DNA of 64,000 bases from Eledone cirrhosa (GCA_964016885.1 OZ024743.1:66650001-66714000), one strand, 5' to 3'; counted from the stretch's first letter, positions 25,280-38,846 are shown. Notes: a model not told the origin generated them from the letters alone. Made by a program: numbers and translations.

Positions 25280-26525
25280 ACTGTATACAGTAGCAGATGT
25301 TTTCCAGAGAAGGTGAGAGAGTTAGTGTTAGGAAGGGCGAAATAGATATTCAGGAAGAATCTACTCCAGTACCGGGTTGGTACATCTTTTAAAACCTGGC
25401 AGAGACCATACCCCTCTATACATCTGTATACAGTAACAGATGTTTTCCAGATAATGTGAGAGAGTTAGTGTGAAGAAGGGCGAAATAGATATTCAGGAAG
25501 AATCTACTCCAGTACCGGGCTGGTACATCTTTTAAAACCTGGTGGAGACCATACCCCTCTATACATCTGTATACAGTAACAGATGTTTTCCAGATAAGGT
25601 GAGAGAGTTAGTGTGAAGAAGGGCGAAATAGATATTCAGGAAGAATCTACTCCAGTACCGGGTTGGTACATCTTTTAAAACCTGGTGGAGACAATACCCC
25701 TCTATACATCTGTATACAGTAACAGATGTTTTCCAGAGAAGGTGAGAGAGTTAGTGTGAAGAAGAGCGAAATAAATATTCAGGAAGAATCTACTCCAGTA
25801 CCGGGCTGGTACATCTTTTAAAACCTGGTGGAGACCATACCCCTCTATACATCTGTATACAGTAACAGATGTTTTCCAGATAAGGTGAGAGAGTTAGTGT
25901 GAAGAAGGGCGAAATAGATATTCAGGAAGAATCTACTCCAGTACCGGGCTGGTACATCTTTTAAAACCTGGTGGAGACCATACCCCTCTATACATCTGTA
26001 TACAGTAACAGATGTTTTCCAGATAAGGTGAGAGAGTTAGTGTGAAGAAGGGCGAAATAGATATTCAGGAAGAATCTACTCCAGTACCGGGTTGGTACAT
26101 CTTTTAAAACCTGGTGGAGACCATACCTTATCCCTCAACACATCTGTACAGAGTAGCCGATTTTTTAAAGAGAAGATGATAGAGGGAGTTTGGGGAATAG
26201 AGAATTGAATATAGAAAAAGAATCGATCCTTGTACCAGGTTGGTACTTATTTTAAAACCTGGTGGAGACCATCCCACTAAACATCTATACACATTAGCCG
26301 ATGTCTTCCAGAGAAAGAGAAAGAGTGAGTTTGGGGAGATAGAATAGAATATAGAGGAAGAATCGATCCCTGAACCGGATCGCTACTTATTTTAAAACAT
26401 GGCGGCGACCATCCCTCATCCCTCTATACATCTGTACAGAGTAGCCGATTTTTTGCAGAGAAGGTGAGAGAGTGAGTGTTAGGAAGAGAGAAAGAAATAT
26501 AGAGGAGGGATCTACCACGGTACCG
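25280..26525. repeat. 143-bp tandem repeat (about 6 near-identical and 3 diverged units)
   Basis: CATCTGTATACAG recurs at 25421, 25564, 25707 and onward (period 143). Confidence 0.9.
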
Positions 26526-26949
26526 GTCCTTTTTTTTTTTCGAACTCGGCGTGATTTGAATTCAGGGTGCAGGAGACGGAACGAATGCTGGAAAACATTT
26601 AACACTATATTATAGAATCTGTCATTTCATCGCACATTATCTGCATATAGGAATCTCGTTTTCTTTAAGCATCTCTTCTCTAACAAGATATATTATCCCT
26701 TCTTTTAGTAAAATATTTAAAAAATGATAAAAACAAAATTAAGTAATGAAAAATACAATCAGGAAAGTGTAAAAAGGGTAGATCTGGCTGTATAGAGAAG
26801 TAGAGGAAAGGACTATAAATGCCATAAATGCGAAGAAAAGGAGGGAAAGAACAAGGAGTATTAGACAACGGGAGAAAGAGAGGAGGAAGGGTGATAGGGT
26901 TACAGACTCTGTACCTAGGTCAGCAAGTATCTGGTGAAGAGGCATTGTT

Positions 26950-27520
26950 TAATTGAGTTTTCAGTTCACAATCGTAACGTCTTGAGTTCGATTCTAGGCG
27001 GTTTGTTGTATTCCCATTACTCCAGTCCATTCCGCTGGCAGAAATTAGTTTACACTACACTTGCGGTTAGCCAACTCATTTTCTGTGGTTGTGAGCAGGG
27101 AGGTGGTCCTAGGGCGAAAGAGACCAGAAATCTCCAGAGCTGCGGGTTCAAACGCAAATCTGTCGTCGAGCGACCGATATTTGAAGAGATTACCCTCCTC
27201 GGGCCGAAGTGCAGCAGTGCCTGGATTAGTCACAGACTACACCAGGTTGCCGCTGGAGGAAGTGTCACTGCATGTGGCATCCTAGATGTGATGTTTTTAA
27301 CCTCCCGGAACTGGAAGATGGTCATGCCGTGTGACCTTTTGCCGTTCCCTCAGTCGAGCTCCACCAGATCGAGCTGGGAGGGTAAGCCTGCAGCATCAAA
27401 GTCATGCTTTATGATGGAATTCGAATTCAACGGACCATCCTTATCATATACTGTGTTATGGTGAATCTGCCGGAGATCTCAGTTAAGGGTGCTCGTGACT
27501 GTGGCAGGCTCCCGCACAAA
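26950..27520 (-). mobile_element. Dispersed GC-rich coding-like remnant related to 1773-2100
   Basis: Shared motif CAGCGGCAACCTGGTG..GTGACTAA.CCAGG. Identity uncertain. Confidence 0.35.
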
Positions 27521-27848
27521 CACGTTGATTTCATGAACAGGTAAGTTCCGTTGTGCGAGTAATGGAAACGCTTATCGTCGGAAGCGACAACATTTCAACA
27601 CACAATAAAAGATTTATTTTTTCTTCTTTTATATGTTACGATTGATAAATTATATCTCTATTTATATTTTTAACTGTTAGCTAATCAATGATAAACTAAA
27701 TTATTCATAGAAATATAAAAATACACTGGACCAAACCAAATAGTGAATGTGTTTTACCATATTTAGACAATATTAGGACAACATGACCTTCCTCAAATAT
27801 AATTTATTCATTTTTGTATTATTTATTTAACACAGGGGGCAGTTTTAC

Positions 27849-27974
27849 ATGGCCAGCCGTAGGTGGGAGCTTCGCGAGCTGAAATGGCTTTTCCAGCGCG
27901 TCTCCCTCGCCGTCCTGCGAGGAAACGCCTTCTCTATTCTGTCCGCCGGGGTTGTGGGGAGGCCACCAATATGA
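27849..27974 (+). mobile_element. CRE-like (RLE-type) LINE extreme 3' coding fragment
   Basis: Translates to MASRRWELRELKWLFQRVSLAVLRGNAFSILSA..., matching the QR.S.A..RGNA..I C-terminal motif of CRE-clade elements. Confidence 0.7.
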
Positions 27975-28105
27975 TTGACTGACTTATAATTTTATCAGTC
28001 AGATGTTCTAATGATTCTATATATAACGAAGGATGTGTGGTAAGGAACCAGGTGGACCATAACGTACCAGAGTACTCGATACTTTGGCTAGTAGAGTGGG
28101 TAATA

Positions 28106-28219
28106 GGAAAATGTTTAGGACCCCGACGGCAGAGCTCAAGCCGTTTTGACGGCTATTTCCGTCCAGAAATAACCGTCGAAATGGCTTGAGCTCTGCCGTC
28201 GGGGTCCTGAACATTTTCC
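28106..28219. repeat. GC-rich palindrome (54-bp arms, 6-nt loop)
   Basis: GGAAAATGTT...TATTTC cgtcca GAAATA...AACATTTTCC with four mismatches. Abuts (TA)n. Confidence 0.9.
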
Positions 28220-28377
28220 CATATATATATATATATATATATATTGACTCTTCAACTACCTACTCAACTCTGCCACTCACCTCTTTCCTAGAGTCGCTGG
28301 CGTTATCAGGCAACTTAAATTTCGCTTTACGACTATACATTTGTATTTTTTTCTCCTTTCTTCCCTCGCAACACTTA

Positions 28378-28706
28378 ATTGTTTCTACTTTTGGCACAAG
28401 GCCAGCAATTTTGAATGGAAAGGGGGAAAGTCGATTACATCGATCCCCAGTACATTGTTGGTACTTCATTTTATTGACCCCGTGTAGATGAAAGGGAAAA
28501 GTAACCACGACAGGATTTGAGCTTGTAACCTAAAAGAACGTAACTATAGGCCACAAACCATGTTGCCCGACCCTCTACCGTTACTGCCAATCCACCGCTC
28601 CCCGACGCTCTATTATAATAATAATAATTGTTTCTACTTTAGGCACAAGGCCAGCAATTACCCAGTTCATTACTGGTACTTTATTTTATCGACCCCGTAA
28701 GGATGT
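28378..28706 (-). mobile_element. Nin/Deu-like SINE copies
   Basis: Same GTTTCTACTT..GGCACAAGGCCAGCAATT...GGTACTT..TTTAT.GACCCCG motif as the other copies. Confidence 0.7.
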
Positions 28707-28909
28707 AATAATAATAATAATAATAATAGTAGTTTCTGATATAGGCACAAGGTCAACAATTTTTGGGGAGAGAAACATTCGTCGTTGTAACCGACGGAGG
28801 CCCAGCTAACCATATAAACACCCAACATAAAGTTGATGTAAATATTGAGAAGAATCTTATGTTTAAAAATGAGGTTAATAGGAAAGAGGAACAGTATAAC
28901 CAAATAACA

Positions 28910-28933
28910 TCCTCATCATCATCAACTATAGTG

Positions 28934-28976
<43 letters not shown>

Positions 28977-29862
28977 CTATATCATCATCATCAACTATAG
29001 TGACAACAACAACAACAACAACTATATCATCATCATCAACTAAAGTGACAACAACAACAACAACTATATTATCATCATCAACTATAGTGACAACAACAAC
29101 AACAACAACAACTATATCATCATCATCAACTATAGTGACAACAACAACAACAACAACAACTATATCATCATCATCAACTATAGTGACAACAACAACAACA
29201 ACAACTATATCATCATCATCAACTATAGTGACAACAACAACAACAACAACAACTATATCATCATCATCAACTATAGTGACAACAACAACAACAACAACAA
29301 CTATATCATCATCATCAACTATAGTGACAACAACAACAACAACAACTATATCATCATCATCAACTATAGTGACAACAACAACAACACAACAACAACTATA
29401 TTATCATCATCAACTATAGTGACAACAACAACAACAACAACAACTATATCATCATCATCAACTAAAGTGACAACAACAACAACAACAACAACTATATTAT
29501 CATCATCAACTATAGTGACAACAACCACAACAACAACAACTATATTATCATCATCAACTATAGTGACAACAACAACAACAACAGCAACTATATCATCATC
29601 ATCAACTATAGTGACAACAACAACAACAACAACAACTATATCATCATCATCAACTATAGTGACAACAACAACAACTATATCATCATCATCAACTATAGTG
29701 ACAACAACAACAACAACAACAACTATATTATCATCATCAACTATAGTGACAACAACAACAACAACAACTATATTATCATCATCAACTATAGTGACAACAA
29801 CAACAACAACTATATCATTATTATCAACAACAACAACAACAACTATATCATCATCATCAACT
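28910..29862. repeat. Compound minisatellite ACTATAGTG(ACA)n ACTATA(TCA)n
   Basis: Variable-length units that differ in ACA copy number. Source of the Thr/Ser-rich ORFs. Confidence 0.9.
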
Positions 29863-29865
29863 ACA

Positions 29866-30082
29866 TAGGTTTCTATTATAGACACAAAGCCAACACTTTG
29901 GGCGGAGGGAATACCATTAAATCAACCGCAGTGTATTACTGGTACTTTATTTTATCGATCACTTAAGGATGAAAAGCAAAGCTAACCTCGGCGGGATTTG
30001 AACTTAGATCGTAAAGGGGCGTAACTCTATGCCATAAAGTATGTTGTCCGACACTCTACCGATTACAGCCAACCCACCGCCG
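29866..30082 (-). mobile_element. Nin/Deu-like SINE
   Basis: Core GGTACTTTATTTTATCGA...GGATGAAA.GCAAAG.TAACCTCGGCGGGATTTGAAC. Confidence 0.7.
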
Positions 30083-30319
30083 TGTCACCATCAACTATAT
30101 CGACAACAACAACAACAGCATCATCACTATCATCAACTATATTGACAACAACAAAAAACAATATCAATATCATCATCATCATCATCATAAACAACTATAT
30201 TAACTGCAATAGCATCAACAACAGTAACACCAGGACTCATCAACCATATAAACAGCAATAACTATATAAAATATTTTTAATATTGGCAAAAGTCCCAGTA
30301 ATTTAGAAGGGGACAGTCT

Positions 30320-33300
30320 TATAATAATAATGAATAATAATGAAATTATTGTGTACAGTGCTCAGGTGCACTACCACTCATCAAAAGTATAGTACATAGA
30401 ATAATATACAAATATCAGGGATGTGAATAGTGTATGTCATGATATACATGTGCGCGTGTGTAGGGGGGGGGGGGGGGTATTAGGTGTAGTGTTGGCGAAT
30501 GTCAGGAAGCATGGAGGTTTTAAAGGATGCAGTTTCTCGGCAGCTAACAACTGATGCAGGTAGTTTGTTCCATGGAGGTTTTAAAGGATGCAGTGTCTCG
30601 ACAGCTAACAACTGATGCAGGTAGTTTGTTCCATGGAGGTTTTAAAGGATGCAGTGTCTCGGCAGCTAACAACTGATGCAGGGAGTTTGTTCCATGGAGG
30701 TTTTAAAGGATGCAGTGCCTCGACAGCTAACAACTGATGCAAGTAGTTTGTTCCATAGAGGTTTTAAAGGATGCAGTGTCTCTACAGCTAACAACTGATG
30801 CAGGTAGTTTGTTCCATGGAGGTTTTAAAGGATGCAGTGTCTCGGCAGCTAACAACTGATGCAGGGAGTTTGTTCCATGGAGGTTTTAAAGGATGCAGTG
30901 TCTCGGCAGCTAACAACTGATGCAGGGAGTTTGTTCCATAGATGTTTTAAAGGATGAAGTGTCTCGGCAGCTAACAACTGATGCAGGTAGTTTGTTCCAT
31001 GGAGGTTTTAAAGGATGCAGTGTCTCGACAGCTAACAACTGATGTAGGTAGTTTGTTCCATGGAGGTTTTAAAGGATGCAGTGTCTCGGCAGCTAACAAC
31101 TGATGCAGGGAGTTTGTTCCATGGAGGTTTTAAAGGATGCAGTGTCTCGACAGCTAACAACTGATGCAGGTAGTTTGTTCCATGGAGGTTTTAAAGGATG
31201 CAGTGTCTCGGCAGCTAACAACTGATGCAGGGAGTTTGTTCCATGGAGGTTTTAAAGGATGCAGTGTCTCGACAGCTAACAACTGATGCAAGTAGTTTGT
31301 TCCATGGAGGTTTTAAAGGATGCAGTGTCTCTACAGCTAACAACTGATGCAGGTAGTTTGTTCCATTGAGGTTTTAAAGGATGCAGTGTCTCGACAGCTA
31401 ACAACTGATGCAGGTAGTTTGTTCCATGGAGGTTTTAAAGGATGCAGTGTCTCTACAGCTAACAACTGATGCAGGTAGTTTATTCCATCCATGGAGGTTT
31501 TAAAGGATGCAGTGTCTCGGCAGCTAACAACTGATGCAGGGAGTTTGTTCCATTGAGGTTTTAAAGGATGCAGTGTCTCGACAGCTAACAACTGATGCAG
31601 GTAGTTTGTTCCATGGAGGTTTTAAAGGATGCAGTGTCTCTACAGCTAACAACTGATGCAGGTAGTTTATTCCATCCATGGAGGTTTTAAAGGATGCAGT
31701 GTCTCGGCAGCTAACAACTGATGCAGGGAGTTTGTTCCATGGAGGTTTTAAAAAATACAGTGTCTCGACAGCTAACAACTGATGCAGGTAATTTGTTCTA
31801 TGGAGGATCTAAAGGATGAAGTGTCTCTACAGCTAACAACTGATGCAGGTAGTTTGTTCCATGGAGGTTTTAAAGGATACAGTGTCTCAGCAGCTAACAA
31901 CTGATGCAGTGAGTTTGTTCCATGGAGGTTTTAAAGGATGCAGTGTCTCTACAACTAACAACTGATGCAGGTAGTTTATTCCATCCATGGAGGTTTTAAA
32001 GGATGCAGTGTCTCGGCAGCTAACAACTGGTGCAGGGAGTTTGTTCCATGGAGGTTTTAAAGGATGCAGTGTCTCGGCAGCTAACAACTGATGCAGGGAG
32101 TTTGTTCCATGGAGGTTTTAAAGGTTGCAGTGTCTCGACAGCTAACAACTGATGCAGGTAGTTTGTTCCATGGAGGTTTTAAAGGATGCAGTGTCTCGGC
32201 AGCTAACAACTGATGCAGGTAGTTTGTTCCATGGAGGTTTTAAAGGATGCAGTGTCTCGACAGCTAACAACTGATGCAGGTAGTTTGTTCCATGGAGGTT
32301 TTAAAGGATGCAGTGTCTCGGCAGCTAACAACTGATGCAGGGAGTTTGTTCCATGGAGGTTTTAAAGGATGCAGTGTCTCGACAGCTAACAACTGATGCA
32401 AGTAGTTTGTTCCATGGAGGTTTTAAAGGATGCAGTGTCTCTACAGCTAACAACTGATGCAGGTAGTTTGTTCCATGGAGGTTTTAAAGGATGCAGTGTC
32501 TCGGCAGCTAACAACTGATGCAGGGAGTTTGTTCCATGGAGGTTTTAAAGGATGCAGTGTCTCGGCAGCTAACAACTGATGCAGGTAGTTTGTTCCATGG
32601 AGGTTTTAAAGGATGCAGTGTCTCGGCAGCTAACAACTGATGCAGGTAGTTTGTTCCATGGAGGTTTTAAAGGATGCAGTGTCTCGGCAGCTAACAACTG
32701 ATGCAGGGAGTTTGTTCCATGGAGGTTTTAAAGGATGCAGTGTCTCGACAGCTAACAACTGATGCAAGTAGTTTGTTCCATGGAGGTTTTAAAGGATGCA
32801 GTGTCTCTACAGCTAACAACTGATGCAGGTAGTTTGTTCCATTGAGGTTTTAAAGGATGCAGTGTCTCGACAGCTAACAACTGATGCAAGTAGTTTGTTC
32901 CATGGAGGTTTTAAAGGATGCAGTGTCTCTACAGCTAACAACTGATGCAGGTAGTTTGTTCCATTGAGGTTTTAAAGGATGCAGTGTCTCGACAGCTAAC
33001 AACTGATGCAGGTAGTTTGTTCCATGGAGGTTTTAAAGGATGCAGTGTCTCTACAGCTAACAACTGATGCAGGTAGTTTATTCCATCCATGGAGGTTTTA
33101 AAGGATGCAGTGTCTCGGCAGCTAACAACTGATGCAGGGAGTTTGTTCCATTGAGGTTTTAAAGGATGCAGTGTCTCGACAGCTAACAACTGATGCAGGT
33201 AATTTGTTCTATGGAGGATCTAAAGGATGAAGTGTCTCTACAGCTAACAACTGATGCAGGTAGTTTGTTCCATGGAGGTTTTAAAGGATACAGTGTCTCA

Positions 33301-34400
33301 GCAGCTAACAACTGATGCAGTGAGTTTGTTCCATGGAGGTTTTAAAGGATGCAGTGTCTCGGCAGCTAACAACTGATGCAGGGAGTTTGTTCCATGGAGG
33401 TTTTAAAGGATGCAGTGTCTCGGCAGCTAACAACTGGTGCAGGGAGTTTGTTCCATGGAGGTTTTAAAGGATGCAGTGTCTCGACAGCTAACAACTGATG
33501 CAGGTAGTTTGTTCCATGGAGGTTTTAAAGGATGCAGTGTCTCGACAGCTAACAACTGATGCAGGTAGTTTGTTCCATGGAGGTTTTAAAGGATGCAGTG
33601 TCTCGGCAGCTAACAACTGATGCAGGGAGTTTGTTCCATGGAGGTTTTAAAGGATGCAGTGTCTCGACAGCTAACAACTGATGCAGGTAGTTTGTTCCAT
33701 GGAGGTTTTAAAGGATGCAGTGTCTCGACAGCTAACAACTAATGCAGGGAGTTTGTTCCATGGAGGTTTTAAAGGATGCAGTGTCTCGACAGCTAACAAC
33801 TGATGCAGGTAGTTTGTTCCATGGAGGTTTTAAAGGATGCAGTGTCTCGGCAGCTAACAACTGATGCAGGGAGTTTGTTCCATGGAGGTTTTAAAGGATG
33901 CAGTGTCTCGACAGCTAACAACTGATGCAAGTAGTTTGTTCCATGGAGGTTTTAAAGGATGCAGTGTCTCGGCAGCTAACAACTGATGCAGGGAGTTTGT
34001 TCCATGGAGGTTTTAAAGGATGCAGTGTCTCGGCAGCTAACAACTGATGCAGGGAGTTTGTTCCATGGAGGTTTTAAAGGATGCAGTGTCTCGGCAGCTA
34101 ACAACTGATGCAGGGAGTTTGTTCCATGGAGGTTTTAAAGGATGCAGTGTCTCTGCAGCTAACAACTGATGCAGGGAGTTTGTTCCATGGAGGTTTTAAA
34201 GCATGCAGTGTCTCGGCAGCTAACAACTGATGCAGGGAGTTTGTTCCATGATTCAGTAACTCTAAGTGAGAAAAAATGTTTCCAAAAGTCATGGGAGCTG
34301 TGCTGTTTTCTGACTTTGTAGGCATGCCCACGTGTGTTAGAAACATAGATATCAAAAAGGTGCTCAGGGCTATTGTTGGCAAGATGGTTAATAATTGTGT
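30320..34400 (-). mobile_element. CR1/L2-group LINE 3' fragment with internal 61-bp expansion
   Basis: Minus strand reads NTRGHAYKVRKQHSSHDFWKHFFSLRVTESWNKLPASVVSCRDTA (TRGH...FFS.RV..WN.LP motif), then the array, then a 3' UTR ending in an (ATT)n-like tail at ~30320-30350. Confidence 0.8.
30510..34249. repeat. 61-bp tandem array, about 61 copies
   Basis: Unit CATGGAGGTTTTAAAGGATGCAGTGTCTCGRCAGCTAACAACTGATGCAGGKAGTTTGTTC, highly homogeneous. Confidence 0.97.
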
Positions 34401-34823
34401 CTTATAGATCAAACCCAATACTTAACTGATAGTTTATATTATCGACCCAGAAAACGTGAAAAGCAAAGTTCACCTCGGTTGGATTTGAACTCAGAACGTA
34501 AAGGGACGCAACTATATGTCACAAAGTATGTTATCCGATGCTCTACCGATAGAGCCAATCCATCGTCCTATACATACAATATTATCAGCCACAACATCAT
34601 CACAACAATCAACTTTATTAACAGCAATAATAACAAACATATCAACAACAACATGCTTTCCACCATCAAATATGTACGTATGGGTAGGCCTGTAACTCTT
34701 GAGGGTGCCGTAGGGGCACCGTTCTGATATACGGTGTTTCTAGGGCATTGTGAACCTGGCGGACCCCATCTCTTCTCCAGAGAGAGAGAGAGTGAGAGAG
34801 AGAGAGTGAGAGATAGTGAGAGA

Positions 34824-34867
<44 letters not shown>

Positions 34868-34902
34868 GAGAGAGAGAGAGAGAGAGAGAGAGGAAGTGAG
34901 AA

Positions 34903-34952
<50 letters not shown>

Positions 34953-35028
34953 TAAAACATGAAAACATGTCTATAGAATCACCCGTTGCAAAACACGTAT
35001 ATGTATGTATGTATATATATATATAGTA

Positions 35029-35962
35029 CTAGCAGTAAAGCCCGGCGTTGCTCGGGGTCGCTCAGTAGCTGTGTTAAAGTTACAATGTTAAGTTTCTTTT
35101 TTGGCTTAAAAACTGTAGTGTCTACTGTGCAGACTTGCATGTGGTGTTTTTGATTAATATTCCCTCAACCAACAATATGTCTTATGAAGTTAAGAAAACA
35201 TAACGATAACCCGAATGTTATAACAAAAGAGGATGCTGGGGATAGAAACTGCACTGGTTATTTATTAACAAAGATCGAAAATGTAAACACTGCAACGCAG
35301 AGAAAAACATTAGCGTAACCAAATTATCAGTTATGTCTGTCTGCACGCCTATATCACCTCTCTGCACGACTGTCTGTCTGCACGCCTATATCACCTCTCT
35401 GCACGACTGTCTGTCTGCACGCCTATATCACCTCTCTGCACGACTGTCTGTCTGCACGCCTATATCACCTCTCTGCACGACTGTCTGTCTGCACGCGTAT
35501 ATCACCTCTCTGCACGACTGTCTGTCTGCACGCCTAACGACGAAATATTTGCTTGTTTTACGTAGTCTTTAAATAGACTTGTTTTCAAGTAAAAATATTG
35601 TTTTAAAATGCTTTTAAATGGAAATGAAGCAAAACGGAAGCTTAGTGTTCGAACTGATGAATTTTGCAGGTCAATATTTTGCTGGCTCGACAACTGTTCG
35701 TGTATTGTAATTTTTTACGTAAGACGCTCAATGTAAACAGAACAAAGGGAAATAACTGATAACTTACGCTCAAAAATCGATACATTATATTCGATTTCGT
35801 CACATAGGGCGGGTCAATTTGAAATTTTTTTTTTCCGATGTCTTCGCTAGGGCTCAATGTACAAGTATAGCAATTTCGGTGCAATTCCGTGAGAGATTCT
35901 AAGAGGAGATGTGTGCCAAAAATCGATAGACAGACAGACAACCACAGTTATATATATATAGA
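35029..35962 (-). mobile_element. Non-autonomous Helitron
   Basis: Minus strand starts TCTATATATATA...CTGTGGTTGTCTGTCTGTC and ends CCCGAGCAACGCCGGG-CTTTACTG-CTAG, between A and T. The 3' end resembles that of the 17725 Helitron. Confidence 0.85.
35334..35535. repeat. ~35-bp tandem repeat inside the Helitron (about 6 copies)
   Basis: TGTCTGTCTGCACGCCTATATCACCTCTCTGCACGAC repeated in tandem. Confidence 0.85.
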
Positions 35963-35964
35963 TT

Positions 35965-36248
35965 AGTTATACTATTTATGGTTATGTAAATACAAAACCT
36001 TATGCAGTTATAAGTATTTTTTATATACACCCTAAATAGTGGTAGGCAGTAATGTATTACTACCTTATTACCAGTAAGTTAAGTAGCTCAATGTAAAAAC
36101 ATCAGATGATTTACAGAGCAGTTATATGAAATATAAGAATCAAAGAACTGTTCAAAACATTATTGTGCTTACAGCTGTTTCCTCCAAACCGAGGTTTGGA
36201 GGAAACAGCTGTAAGCACAATAATGTTTTGAACAGTTCTTTGATTCTT

Positions 36249-36260
<12 letters not shown>
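35965..36260 (-). mobile_element. Penelope-like/retrozyme-type terminal fragment ending in a perfect 138-bp palindrome
   Basis: Homologous to 4985-5210. 36123-36190 is the exact reverse complement of 36193-36260, centred on the hammerhead stem II loop. Confidence 0.65.
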
Positions 36261-36313
<53 letters not shown>

Positions 36314-36631
36314 CTTTATATATATATATATATATCATATTATTCAAAATACATATTATACATATTTCAAAGGTACAATGGTGTTTCAGTACGTTTTCAT
36401 CAGATAAAATATATAAGAGATTGGTTATACGACATACCCCTAAGGTCTTGAATCTCAATCCCTGTAGTGGTAGTAAGTTATTTCCCCAACACTCAACATT
36501 TATATATATATATAATATATATATACATAAGTATGTACATATATATATATGTGTGCATGTATGTATATACATACTACTGTACGTCTGTACCGTACTAAGA
36601 GTGAGAAATGAAATTTCGTTTCATTTTTTCC

Positions 36632-36678
<47 letters not shown>

Positions 36679-36984
36679 AAAAATGGAGAGCTGCGTGGTT
36701 GCACATGGGTTACATATGAATGAAATTAGTCCTTCATCAGTGATCTTCCAACCTTCATTGGTATTTCATCGCTTTATATATATATATATAGAAAGAATCG
36801 ACCCAGTACTTGACTGACACTTTTTCATCGACCTTGAATGGATGAAAGGCAAAGCTGACCTCGGCGAGATTTGGACTCAGATAGTAGCGAGCCGGCACAA
36901 ATACTACAAAGCATTCTATCTGACGTACTAAAGGTACTAGCAAGTTTCCGTCTTACAATTAAATATATTAACTACAATAACCAT

Positions 36985-37200
36985 AAAGGAACGATCGACT
37001 TTCGTCAAATCGGACCGAGATAACAATGTTTCCCTTAGTCTTTCGACTTGCTAATATTATCTATCGGTCGCAACTCCAGGTAGAAGGAACAACGTGAAAT
37101 AAAATAACCTTTCTCAAGGACATAACGCATCTGGGAATCAAACTCGCAACCTCATGATTGCGAATCCAATTCTGTAACCACGCAGCCACACGCCTTCACA
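36985..37200 (-). mobile_element. tRNA-derived SINE (partial second copy at ~17390-17520, plus strand)
   Basis: Minus strand has A-box-like TGGCTGCGTGG and B-box-like GAGTTTGATTCCC. The body CTACCTGGAGTTGCGACCGATAGATA is shared with 17425-17450. Confidence 0.65.
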
Positions 37201-37461
37201 CAATAACAACAACAACAACAACTATATGACAACAATAACAAGGACAAGACCAAGAATAATATTCAAAATAACATCATCATCACAACCAATTCAATTAGTA
37301 ACAATAACAATAGCAACATTAACAGTATCCACCACCATTAAACATAACAACAACAACAACAACAACATGAGTGTTAACAAGTACGACATTTATATCGTCT
37401 TCAAAAATATACTACGCACTTAGTGTTTATATACGGAAACTGTCAATGTAGAATGTATGTC

Positions 37462-37514
<53 letters not shown>

Positions 37515-37524
37515 AATGTGTGTA

Positions 37525-37591
<67 letters not shown>

Positions 37592-37691
37592 ACACATATA
37601 TCTGTGTATGTATGTATATATAATACATTTATGCATGTATAAATATATATCTATATCTAAACCTATCTATCTATCTATCTATGTATATATG

Positions 37692-37770
<79 letters not shown>

Positions 37771-38172
37771 ATATATATTTATATATACACTCAGGTATGA
37801 ATCTATATATACATATGCTTATATTTATGTATATATGTTTATTTGTGTGCTTGGCCATATATGTGCGTGTACGAGTAAGTGTATGTATGTATGTATGTAT
37901 GTATGTATGTATGTATGTATGTATGTATGTATGTATGTATGTATGTGTGTATATATGTATGTATGTATGTGTTTGTATGTATGTATGCATGTGTTTGTAT
38001 GTATGTATGAATGTGTGTGTTTGTGTATACTGCTATGTCCAAGATATAAACCAGTTCATTGAATTAATATATATGTTAAACACAAAAGTTCATGTGTACT
38101 TTCTCCACTTCCTTCCGTGTGATTGATATCCTTACCATCATTTACGTATGCTCCTCTTAACACTGACACTTC

Positions 38173-38217
<45 letters not shown>

Positions 38218-38300
38218 ACCCCTCCCCCAACTCTCAAGAGCGTGAAACTAATAAACCTTTGTTTGTACTGCGTCTCTCTGTTGTGTTCCTGTTCCATTTT

Positions 38301-38373
<73 letters not shown>

Positions 38374-38463
38374 ATGCATGTATTATTTATGTATATATAT
38401 ATATATATATAAATACACATCAGTAAACATACATATATAGATGGAAGTACATATATGTACACC

Positions 38464-38547
<84 letters not shown>

Positions 38548-38559
38548 ACACACATACAT

Positions 38560-38611
<52 letters not shown>

Positions 38612-38814
38612 ACACATGCATACATGCATACATTCATATATACAGAAAGTATTAGTATTGAAATTAACGCATATCTTAAGTATTCCAAAGAGACATGTAC
38701 CTAAAGCAAAATAAATTTGGTCACATCTGCTTGCTACAATAGGACACGGTTGGAACATAGAATTACATTGACAAGCTAGAACGATAGACATATAGAGAGA
38801 AAGAGGTACATAGG

Positions 38815-38846
<32 letters not shown>

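Noticed and set aside
27880-27960. Possible HDV-like ribozyme (TCCTCGC loop on the minus strand)
   Set aside because: P1 and P2 cannot be paired; the plus strand is better explained as CRE-like coding sequence.
28763-29885. Mucin-like Thr/Ser ORFs
   Set aside because: Direct translation of a compound microsatellite lying between SINEs; no signal peptide or splice evidence.
30510-34249. CRISPR-like regular array
   Set aside because: No unique spacers; it is a head-to-tail tandem repeat of LINE origin in a eukaryotic context.
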